From: Malacoraja senta | Lineage: Eukaryota | Length of the DNA: 64,000 nucleotides | Direction of reading: 5' to 3' | NCBI GenBank assembly: GCA_038087875.1 | Contig: JAXLNO010003783.1 | Span: 1-64,000, forward strand | In this document: positions 12,455 to 23,031 of the stretch, one piece after another | Numbering within the stretch: the first letter of the stretch is position 1 | Layout: each line of letters opens with the position of its first letter | Program-made: the position numbers and the translations under genes | Notes under the pieces: model-generated | Told to the model about the DNA's origin: nothing | What the model saw: the letters and a program-made list of their open reading frames with translations, nothing else | Database searches by the model: none

Positions 12455-12667
12455 CTTAATAATCCCTGCTCTGACAGCTGCCGAGTGTGTCTCCATTGCC
12501 GGACGAGGATAAAGTGATGCATCTGAGAGGATCTTCTTCTCCAAGCCAGCGAGGAGGGCCTCGAGTTCCTTGTGATGCACCAGCTGTTCTGTCAGTGGTT
12601 CCCCTGTGCTGTCTTGTGATGAACTGAAGAGCAGCTTGTGGACAAGTGGGAGCAATGCCGTCTCCTT
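12455..12667 (-). CDS. SUN luminal coiled-coil exon KETALLPLVHKLLFSSSQ...ELEALLAGLEKKIL...AGIIK
   Basis: 213 nt, open, phase 0/0, acceptor gtgtgtttag, donor gtacaa; resembles SUN1 VKLLFSEDQQ and SUN2 LRELESKIL. Confidence 0.85.
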
Positions 12668-15286
12668 CTAAACACACAAGAGCTGGATAGTCAGTGTTCC
12701 TCCTTGTAGACATTGAAATCAATGCAAAGCAGTATCTTTGTCATCTTAAAAAATATATTATTTTACAATTGTTGATCCTTTGGCGAGGGAGACAAGGCAA
12801 GGGAATACATTATAGCTGAAAGGATACTGAACTGTGGTGGGGAACAGAAAGATCTTGGAGAGCTTGTTGTGTAGGAAGGAAATGCAGATGCTGGTTTACA
12901 CTGAAGATAGACACAAAATGCTGGAGTTACTCAGCGGACCAGGCAGCATCTAATGCTCCAGAGATCCTGTCCATCCCGCTGAGTTACTCCAGCATTTTGT
13001 GTCTATCTTGTTGTGGGATCTTTGAAGGTAGTGGGACAGTCATCTTGGAACTGTGGAAAATGTTAGCTCAGCCGTACCTGTAACATTGTGTGGATTCTGG
13101 TTGCCTCCCTACAGGATTGATGGAAGTTCACTAGAGAGGCACAAGAAAGGTTTACGACATTGGCAGGACTGGAGAAGAAAGGTTGCAAGGAGAGAGTCGT
13201 CAGGAATTGCAGCAGGTAGATTGTTTGAGTGGTTATAATATTATAGAAAAAAAGACAAAATGCTGGAGTAACTCAGCGGGACAGGCAGCATCTCTGGAGA
13301 GAAAGAATGGATCATGTTTAGGATTGAGACCCTTCTTCAGACGTCTCGACCCAAAATGTCATCCATCCCCCCCCTCCCCCAGAGATGCTGCCTGTCTCGC
13401 TGATGTCTATCTGCGGTGTAAACCAGCATCTGCAGTTCCTTCCTACACATAAGGTTATGATATTCTGACTAGTCCATTTAGAGTAAACAAGGTAACCATC
13501 TTTCCTGCACAAAGTTGGAAATGTCATTCAATTAGCACAAGGGTTTGATGCAATTAGTACAGTGGGCCAAGGGTTCACTGCCTGAATGGTTGTTGGAAGC
13601 AGAACTCACATTTACTGGGCACCTGGACCAGCAGTAGAAGAGGCTGTGAGTGAGATTCACCTGGCCTCCCAGCATATAAAACAGAAGGTGGGAACTAGAG
13701 GTCAATTGACAGGTACATGGATAGGACAGGTTTGGAGGGATATGGACCAAACGCAGGCAGGTGGGACTAGTGTAGCTGGGACATGTTGGTGGGTGTGGGC
13801 GAGTTGGGCCGAAGCGTCTGTTTCCACACTGTATCACTCTATGATTATAATTCATCCAGCACTCATAGTTCACAAGAGGAAATAACTAATCATTTGGTAA
13901 GCTGCATCTAATCAAACGTAGCCGACATGGTTTAATGAAAATCATGTGTGACAAAACTTGACAGGATGTGATAGGGAGTTGATAAGGGAAACCTGTAAAT
14001 GTAGGAGGAAGGAACTGCAAATGCTGGTTTAAACCAAAGATAGACACAATAAGCTGGAGTAACTTAGCGGCTCAGATAGCATCTCTGGAAAAAGGACTTT
14101 TCTATTTGTTTTCTCCAGAGATGCTGTCTGACCCGTTGAGTTACTCCAGCTTTTTGTGTTGATCTCCTGTAAATGTAATGTGTATTTAGATCTCCAAAAG
14201 GCATTTGCCACATATGAGGGCACATGTGCTAACATGGACTGAAAGGTGGCAGTCATATAGAAAAACAAGTTAGAATAAATGCGTGAAAGCTGCAGATGGA
14301 ATAAATCTGAAAAACAAAATGCTGGGAGACTCGGGTCAGGCTGCATCTGTAGCCAGAGAAACAGAATTCATGTTTCAAGTCAAAGACCCTTCGTCAGAAC
14401 TGGGGAGGTGACAAAAGAAACTTGTAAAGCTGCACAGGTGGGTGGATGGCTCTGATAGTGTCAAACCAGGTGACCATGGGGATAAGCTGCACACAAAGTT
14501 ATCTGGTCAAGGAGTGAATAGGAGCGGTAAGGTGATGAGACAAATAGACAAAGATCGTAGCAGTTGCAAAATGCAGAGCAAGAAGACATGTCTAGGAAGG
14601 AATGGCAGATGCTGTTTAAACCGAAGATAGACAATGGGACAGGCTGCATCTCTGGAGAGAAGGAATGGGTGACGTTTCTGGTGGAGACGCTTTTCAGACA
14701 AGACATGTCTGGCAGGTCAGCATGGACATGCCCTCCACATTTGGATAGAGATTTAAAAAAACAAACCAACGCAATTATCACAAATGGACAACTGATACTA
14801 ACAGAGGAATCAAGTTACCCAAGATTATCAAATTCCGTTCAAGCCCAGAGGACTGCGATGAGCCCAAATGGAAGGTGAGATGCCATTCCTCAAGATTGCT
14901 TTGAGCCTCATTGCAACAGTGCAGGAAGTCACAGACTGTTCAGTCACTCCCACATCCAAGAGTCAGAATGAGATAACAGGAAGCTCAGGAGTGCCCCTTG
15001 GATTGAACCCAGTGCCTGTTTGGTATCTCCAATGTTGAGGACACCACGTCGTGAACACAGGGAAAGGAGCAGAGGGGGGAAAGGAGAGACAGTGAGAGAA
15101 AGGGAAGAACACAGTAGAGAGGGAGGGAGAGAGTGAGAGTTGGGTGTTAAAGAAGGGGAGGAAAGAGGGCAAGATACTTTCCACACTTTCCTCTTCACCT
15201 CAATCTCTTTGATCATCTCCAAGGCAGAAGAAGTGCTAAATTTTGGCCTTTTACAGTTAAATAAAAAACTATTTGGGAAAACTTAC

Positions 15287-15443
15287 ATCAGTCATACTTT
15301 TAAGTCTGCTTTCCAAAGCTTGCATGCTGGAGTCCATGTCCTTCTGTGCCGCACGTACAGCCTGCAGCTCCAGCCGTGTCTGGCTAAGCTGCTCCTCCAG
15401 CAGCACCAGTGCAGTCAGTAGCTGCTTCTGCTCATCTGTCAAC
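15287..15443 (-). CDS. SUN coiled-coil exon LTDEQKQLLTALVLLEEQLSQTRLELQAV...RLKSMTD
   Basis: 157 nt, open, phase 2/0, donor gtaagt; heptad-like L/Q/E-rich sequence in phase with the next exon. Confidence 0.75.
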
Positions 15444-16171
15444 CTATAATAATAATAATCAATATAATTTTATTAGCCAAGTATGCATACATACAAGAAC
15501 TTGCCTTGATGCTTTGCTTGCAAGGATAAAAACAAGATATACAGTGGACATTTAAAAATAAAACATTATAATTTAAACATGTGGAAATAAAGTACCAGAT
15601 TAAAAGAGGCTACAGACTTTTGGCTGTTGAGTCGAGCTACTGCTTGTGGAAAAATACTGTTTTTATGTCTGGCTGTGGCCCAGACAAAATCTGTCCTATA
15701 CAGGACAAAGCAAGTCATCAGGGTGCAGGAGCAGAGGCAGCATGGTGGTGCAGAGTAGAGCTACGGCCTTACAGCGCCAGAGACCTGGGTTCAATCCTGA
15801 CTACCGGTGTAAGGGTGATCGTTGGTCTGCACGGACTCGGTGGGCCGAAGGGCGTGTTTCCACGCTGTACCTCTAAACTAAAAACAACGTTGACCGGTTT
15901 CACGCAGCAACCGACGAAGCCCCCCTCCCCAGGTCTACTGCTACTCCACTCATGGCTGTAAACACACAGCATCAGCGTTATACTGCACACAGCTCAGCCA
16001 CAGGCAAACCTGCTGCTGTGCCACACCCCAGGGGCATCTTGATGCATCTGCAGATATTGTGGCCGACAACATCAACACCAAAACATTTGTGGTGTGATGA
16101 CACTGATATGACGCCGGCAGTCACCGAAAAAATTGCCTAGTGGGACAGGCCCTTAAATGAGTTATTTATCT

Positions 16172-16300
16172 CTATCGTTGTGAGCAGCTGATGCAGTCTG
16201 GAAACTGCTGCAGCGCAGCTCTGCAGTTTCCAGACTGCATCAGCTGCTCACAACTGATTTCCACAGCAGATTCAATTTCCTTCACCTTCTGCAGCAACAT
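16172..16300 (-). pseudogene. Probable damaged SUN coiled-coil exon MLLQKVKEIESAVEISCEQLMQSGNCR...*
   Basis: A strong acceptor (gtgtgtttcatttctattcctag) lies on the far side of an inserted CR1. The frame runs through an inverted duplication to TAG, and I found no in-phase donor. Confidence 0.55.
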
Positions 16301-16302
16301 CT

Positions 16303-17255
16303 GTGGATAAATGTGAGGTTATCCACTTTGGTGGCAAAAAGAGGAAAGCAGACTATTATCTAAATGGTGGCCGATTGGGAAAAGGAGAGATGCAGCGAGA
16401 CCTGGGTGTCATGGTACACCAGTCATTGAAAGTAGGCATGCAGGTGCAGCAGGCAGTGAAGAAAGCGAATGGTATGTTAGCTTTCATAGTAAAAGGATTT
16501 GAGTATAGGAGCAGGGAGGTTCTACTGCAGTTGTACAGGGTCTTGGTGAGACCACACCTGGAGTATTGCGTACAGTTTTGGTCTCCAAATCTGAGGAAGG
16601 ACATTATAGCCATAGAGGGAGTGCAGAGAAGGTTCACCAGAATGATTCCTGGGACGTCAGGACTTTCATATGAAGAAAGACTGGATAGACTCGGCTTGTA
16701 CTCGCTAGAATTTAGGAGATTGAGAGGGGATCTTATAGAAACGTACAAAATTCTTATGGGGTTGGACAGGCTAGATGCAGGAAGATTGTTCCCGATGTTG
16801 GGGAAGTCCAGGACAATGTTTGGATGTTTATGTAAACTGTGTTAAGTGTGGGTCTTGTGATTTTTTGTAATGTAAAACAAAACTGTAGGAATGAAATTTC
16901 GTTCAAGCCTAGGCTTGAATGACAATAAACAGCATTCAATTCAATTCAATTCAAGGGGTCACAGCTTAAGGATAAGGGGGAAATCCTTTAAGACCGAGAT
17001 GAGAAAAAACTTTTTCACACAGAGAGTGGTGAATCTCTGGAACTCTCTGCCACAGAGGGTAGTTGAGGCCAGTTCATTGGCTGTATTTAAGAGGGAGTTA
17101 GATGTGGCCCTTGTGGCTAAAGGGATCAGGTGGTATGGAGAGAAGGCAGGTACGGGATACTGAGTTGGATGATCAGCCATGATCATATTGAATGGCGGTG
17201 CAGGCTCGAAGGGCCGAATGGCCTACTCCTGTACCTATTTTCTATGTTTCTATGT
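16303..17255 (+). mobile_element. 5'-truncated CR1 LINE with 4-bp ATCT target duplication
   Basis: RT ORF (LVRPHLEYCVQFWSP), tail ttctatgtttctatgt, ATCT at 16299-16302 and 17256-17259. An unrelated LINE tail with (ATTCA)n is nested at about 16816-16955. Confidence 0.92.
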
Positions 17256-17846
17256 ATCTAGGAATAGAAATGAAACACACAAGTTTATTTTTAAGTTCGG
17301 AGGCTTTTTAATTCTACTCGCAGCTACTTATTTCACAACATAAACGTCAAATTTACAAATATGTAATGCAGAAAAGTCACTTTTCCATATTTCATATTTC
17401 CTTATGACATAGGCCATTTCAGCCCATCAAATCAATGCCAGTTCTCAGAGAATCCCAGTCCTTCACAAATACTCCTTGAAACTAGTTCCTCACAAATTCC
17501 CATCAATTGCCCGCAGAATCCACCATTCAATTGAAAGCAAACTTCACTGAACTGTAGCAGCTTAACACCCAGAGGATGGGAAATGCAGGGAATTCTCTGC
17601 CCAAGCGGCTACGGAGACCAGACTTGAGACCAGTTCAACACCGAGATGACTGGCCTTAATATTACGGAATTGAGAGTATGGCCTTAAATGGTGCCGAGAT
17701 AAATGGTCTGACTGAAAGGCAGAGCAGCTGAGGGGCAGCATGGTGGAACTAGAGGCCCAGGTTCGATCCCGACTACAGGTGCTATCTGTACGGAGTTTGT
17801 ACATTCTCCCCGTGACCTGCGTGGACATTCTCCAGGTGCTCCGGCT

Positions 17847-18208
17847 TTGGTATGAAAACGCTAAAGCCGCCTTTGGTTTGAAAACGCTAAAGTTGCCTTT
17901 GGTTTGAAAACGTTAAGCCGCCTTTGGTTTGAAAATGCTAAAGCCGCTTTTAGTTTGAAAACAGCTAAAGCTGCCTTTGGTTTGAAAACGCTAAAGCTGT
18001 CTCGTTTGAAAACGCTAATGCTGCCTATGGTTTGAAAACGCTAAAGTTGCCTAAGGTTTGAAAACGCTATGTAGACAAAAGTGCTGGAGAAACTCAGCGG
18101 GTGCAGCAGCATCTATGGAGTGAAGGAAATGGGCAATGTTCCAAAACGCTATCGTTGCCTAAGATTTGAAAATGCTAAAGTTGCCTTTGGTTTCGAAATG
18201 CTAAAGCC
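17847..18208. repeat. About 26-bp minisatellite (TTGGTTTGAAAACGCTAAAGCCGCCT)n
   Basis: About 11 degenerate adjacent units, interrupted by a SINE-like fragment (18071-18140); the array resumes at 19658-19691 after an L1. Confidence 0.9.
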
Positions 18209-19655
18209 TTTTCTATTACTGGGCGACTAATATCAAAAACTTAATCTACTGGATGGATGACACATGCCAACAGGTAAACTGGTTAAAAATGGAGAGGGAA
18301 GATTGTTTGCCTTTTAATATAGGCGCAATTCTTCTTTCTCCAACACATCTGAATAAATCAATGTTTGAGCAAAATCCGATAATACACAGTACCCTACGCA
18401 TTTGGAAACAGTTGAAATCAAACCTCAAACTGAGAAATTTCTCTCTCCTTTTACCAATCGCTAATAAACCCTTGTTTAAACCGTCTACTTTAGATAAGGC
18501 GTTTGCACAATGGAAAAACTCAGGAATTAAAACGGTGGAAGATCTTTACGAGAAGGGGGTTTTCCTCTCGTTTCAAGAATTACAGGAGAAATATCACGAA
18601 AGCAAGTAATTCTTTCAGATATCTTCAAATCCGAGACTATGTGAAAACATATACACAAGACTGTCACTCTTTGGGTCCAGATATACTAGATGACTGCATG
18701 AAAAGACATGTTGATACAAGCAAGTTAATATCCTACATTTACAATACTCTTTTAACTGCATACATCCCATCTTCTTAGAGGCATAGGCGAACATGGGAAG
18801 ACAAATTGGGTTTATTAATTTCAAAAGATAGCTGGGAGGAAAGCCTTCTATACATACACTACTGCTCTCTCAATGTTCGGCACTCCCTGATACAATTTAA
18901 AATACTGCATAGACTCTACTATTCAAAGACCAAATTAAACAAGATCTTCCCAAATGTCTCTCCTATTTGTGATAAATGTCTCCTCCAAAACGCGACTATA
19001 ACCCATTCATTTGCCTCCTGTATAAAGTTACAAAACTTCTGGAGGGGAATATTTGATATCTTCTCCAAAATACTTAACATTAAATTGGAACCAGATATAA
19101 AACGGATCACTTTAGGTATGTCAGATACCTGCTCTAAATTAACGATATTCCAAAGACGTTTCCTCAACTATGGCCTAATAACGGCGAAAAAATTAATACT
19201 CAAATTCTGGAAACAGATAACAGTCCCTACAGTGAAGATGTGGAATACTGATAAGTCCGATACACTACATTTGGAAAATATTAGGCTTTCTTGGCGGGAA
19301 AAGCAGATCAATTTCTTAAGACATGGTTCCCTTTTACTGAATTTCTGCAACAACAGAATGGTTAAACACAAATTTAAACCTGATGTCAGGGATAGGTGAG
19401 GGGGGAAGGTATATTTCCATCTTTTTTTTTCTTATTTCTTTTCTTTTCTCTTGCACTTCTTTGGTACCTTAGGGTCTATTTTCTAGCTTGTTCTTATTTT
19501 ACTTCTCTTTCGTCATTCTTTCCTTTTTCTCTCTTTTTTTCCGATTTAGGTTCTAACGTTAAAAATGAAGCTGTACAATAATTGTATAAGTGTTATGTCG
19601 ATCGCCTTATCCTTGTACAATCGCTTCTAATAAAAGAAATTCAAAAATAAAAAAA
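18209..19655 (+). mobile_element. 5'-truncated L1-clade LINE (ORF2 C-terminus)
   Basis: Broken ORFs with QFKILHRLYY and CDKC...HSFASC (L1 zinc-knuckle region), pyrimidine-rich 3' UTR, AATAAA and poly(A). Confidence 0.88.
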
Positions 19656-19690
19656 CCCGCTAAAGCTGCCTTTGGTTTCAAAACGCTAAA

Positions 19691-20990
19691 GACAATAGAC
19701 AAGAGACAATAGGTGCAGGAGTAGGCCATTTGGCCCTTCGAGCCAGCACCGCCATTCAATGTGATCATGGCTGATCATCCCCAATCAGTACACCGTTCCT
19801 GCCTTCTCCCCATATCCCCTGACTCCGCTATCTTTAAACCCTATCTAGCTCTCTCTTGAAAGTATCCAGAGAACCTGCCTCCACCGCCCTCTGAGTCAGA
19901 GAATTCCACAGGCTCACCACTCTGTGAGAAATAGTGTTTCCTCGTCTCCGTTCAAATGGCTAACTCCTTATTCTTAAACTGTGGCTTCTGGACTCCCCCA
20001 ACATTGGGAACATGTTTCCTGCCTCTAGCATGTCCAAGCCCTTAACAAGCCCTTATATGTTTCAATGAGATTCCCTCTCATCCTTCTAAACTCCAGAGTG
20101 TACAAGCCCAGCTGCTCCATTCTCTCAGCATATGACAGTCCGGCCATCCCGGGAATTAACTTTGTAAACCAACGCTGCACTCCCTCAATAGCAAGAATGT
20201 CCTTCCTCAAATTAGGGGACCAAAACTGCACACAATACTCCAGGTGTGGTCTCACTAGGGCTCTGTACAACTGCAGAATGCTGAGCGCTCAGCATCGCCA
20301 AGGAGCGCTCAGCATTGCCAAGGACTGTTCTCACCCCAACCACAGACTGTTTACCCTCCTACCATCCGGGAGGCGCTACAGGTCTCTCCGTTGCCGGACC
20401 AGCAGGTCCAGGAACAGCTTCTTCCCTGCGGCGGTTACATTACTCAACACTGTACCTCGGTGACTGCCAATCACCCCCCCCCCCCCCAGACACTCCTCCC
20501 ACCAGGATTTATTAGATTTATTTATTTACTGCTCATAATTATGTCGCTCTTCTAGGGAGATGCTAACTGCATTTCGTTGTCTCTGTACTGTACACTGCAC
20601 AATGACAATTAAGTTGAATCTGAATCTGAATCTGAATCTGAGAAGGACCTCTTTGCTCCTATATTTGATTCCTCTTGTTATAAAGGCCAACATGCCATTC
20701 GCTTTCTTCACTGCCTGCTGTACCTGCATGCATACTTTCATAGACTGATGTACAAGGACCCCCAGATCCGGTTGTACTTCCTTTTCCCAACTTGACGCCA
20801 TTTAGATAGTAATCTGCTTTCCTGTTTTTGCTACCAAAGTGGGTAACCTCACATTTATCCGCATTAAACTTAATCTGCCATGCATCTGCCCACTCCCCCA
20901 ACCTGTCTAAGTCACCCTGCATTCTCATAAAATCCTCCTCACAGTTCACACTGCCACCCATCTTTGTGTCATCTGCAAATTTGCTAATGT
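19691..20990 (-). mobile_element. CR1 LINE fragment, interrupted at 20279-20640 by another LINE 3' end with a (GAATCT)n tail
   Basis: CR1 RT peptides on both sides of the insert join at ctgcagaa/agaaggacc. Confidence 0.85.
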
Positions 20991-23031
20991 TAGAAACATA
21001 GAAACATCAAAAATAGGTACAGGAGGAGGCCATTCGGTCCTTCGAGCCAGCACCGCCATTCATTGTGATCATGTCCCCTATCAATAACCCGTGCCTGGCT
21101 TCTCCCCATATCCCTTGACTCCACTAGCCCCTAGAGCTCTATCTAACTCTCTCTTAAATCAATCTAGTGACTTGGCCTCCACTGCCCTCTGTGGCAGGGA
21201 ATTCCATAAATTCACAACTCTCTGGGTGAAAACGTTTTTCTCACCTCAGTCTTAAATGACCTCCCCTTTATTCTAAGACTGTGGCCCCTGTTTCTGGACT
21301 CGCCCAACATTGGGAATATTTTTCCTGCATCTTGCTTGTCCAGTCCTTTTATAATTTTATATGTTTCTATAAGATTCCCCCTCATCCTTCTAAACTCTAG
21401 TGAATACAAGCCTAGTCTTTTCAATCTTTCCTCATATGACAACCCGCCATCCCAGGGATCAATCTCTTGAACCTACGCTGCACTGCCTCAATCACAAGGA
21501 TGTCCTTCCTCAAATTAGGAGAACAAAACTGTACACAATACTCCAGATGTGGTCTTACCAGAGCCCTATACAACTGCAGAAGAACCTCTCTACTCCTATA
21601 CTGCAATCCTCTTGTTATGAAGGCCAACATTACATTAGTTTTCTTCACTGCCTGTTGTACCTGTAAGCCAACTTTCAGTGACCGGTGTACAAGGACGCCC
21701 AGGTCTCGCTGCAGCTCCCCCTTACCTAACCTAACCCCATTGAGATAATAATCTGCCCCCTTGTTTTTGCTGTCAAAGTGGATAACCGCACATTTATCTA
21801 TATTATACTGCATCTGCCACGCATCTGCCCACTCACTCAACCTGTCCAGGTCACCCTGCAACCTCCTAACATCCTCTTCACAGTTCACACTGCCACCCAG
21901 CTATGTGTCATCCGCAAACTTGCTAGTGTTGCTCCTAATTCCCTCTTCCAAATCATTAATATATATGGTAAACAATTGCGGCCCCAACACCGAGCCTTGC
22001 GGCCAGTGGCGGACTGGCCAGGATGTCAGCTTGCCCGATGGCAAGTGGGCCCCCCCCATATCAAATAAAAATGCAATGTAGAACCAAACACAGATAACTG
22101 TTTTAGTAATGAAAAGGAATAAGATGTATCTGGCAGCTAGAATTACACTGAAAGTTTAATTTAAAAAAATATCCACGGTATCAACAGGGACGAACTACTT
22201 TTGAGTTAAAATTAGTCACAAAAATTTACATTCATTCAATCTCACAGGACTTATCTTATAATAATTACTTACAATATTCTCAGATTTTACCGCTCCAGTG
22301 TGATTTTTAATTCTTTGAAAAGGTTCTCCCAATACTTAAAAGACACCAAATAATAATATACTCCCAAAAAATTTCGGTTGGCAAGTGAGAAAATTTTGTA
22401 TCAAAGATTTGTCCGTATTTTTGTCACACACACTTGAAAAGCCTCAGCCTGCCCCCCCCCCCCCCTTATTGAAGAGATGTTTTTAATTTTTAGTTTTTGT
22501 ATATGTATAAAAGATCATTGTTGCATATAACTTCTTGTTGCATCATTCACCAGGCGGCCAGACGTGGCGTGGCTCCTTTACCATTCTTTTTATATAGTTT
22601 TTCAAGGATCGTAAAAAAAAATTATCGGTAAACAATATCCAAATTCAGCTACATGTGAGTTCAAATTTAGATATTAGAAAAACGTAATTGTTACACCAGG
22701 GTAGGCTCCAGTTATCCATAGTAATTATCTGGTTATCAGTGACTGCATTGAAAATATTATATGAAAAGTTAATGAAGCCTGTTCTTCAGCATATGTGCTT
22801 AAACATAAGTTATTGTTAAAGCTATGTGAGAGGTATTATCAATATTCAGGATTTTTTCATGTATATATTCTTGTGAATCATTGTTCTCAGTGATGAACAT
22901 TAAGTATCGTAAAAGTAATAGCCTTACAGATGAAACTAGTAGTGCTTGCATATCTCTCAAGGTTAACAAATATAAACCGGATATAAAATATGTGTCATCA
23001 GCGATGCAGCAGCAGGACTCATTGATGCTAA

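Larger units (their letters stand above)
234..16300 (-). pseudogene. SUN1/SUN2-like inner nuclear membrane protein gene, 3' portion (coiled coil + SUN domain), apparently disabled
   Basis: Seven exons with AG/GT ends splice in compatible phase into ...LTDEQKQLL...KLLFSS...EVKSIVEQALKLYSADRVGLVDYALESAGGSVIHTRCTETLETKTALLTLFGFPLLYQSHSPRAVIMPEVHPGNCWPFKGSQG...NWGHPEYTCLY. This is colinear with the SUN1/SUN2 C-terminus. Frameshift in the last exon; damaged exon at 16172-16300. Confidence 0.8.

Noticed and set aside
17847-18208. Regular repeats of about 26 bp resembling a CRISPR array
   Set aside because: Units are directly adjacent with no unique spacers, there are no cas genes, and the context is vertebrate.
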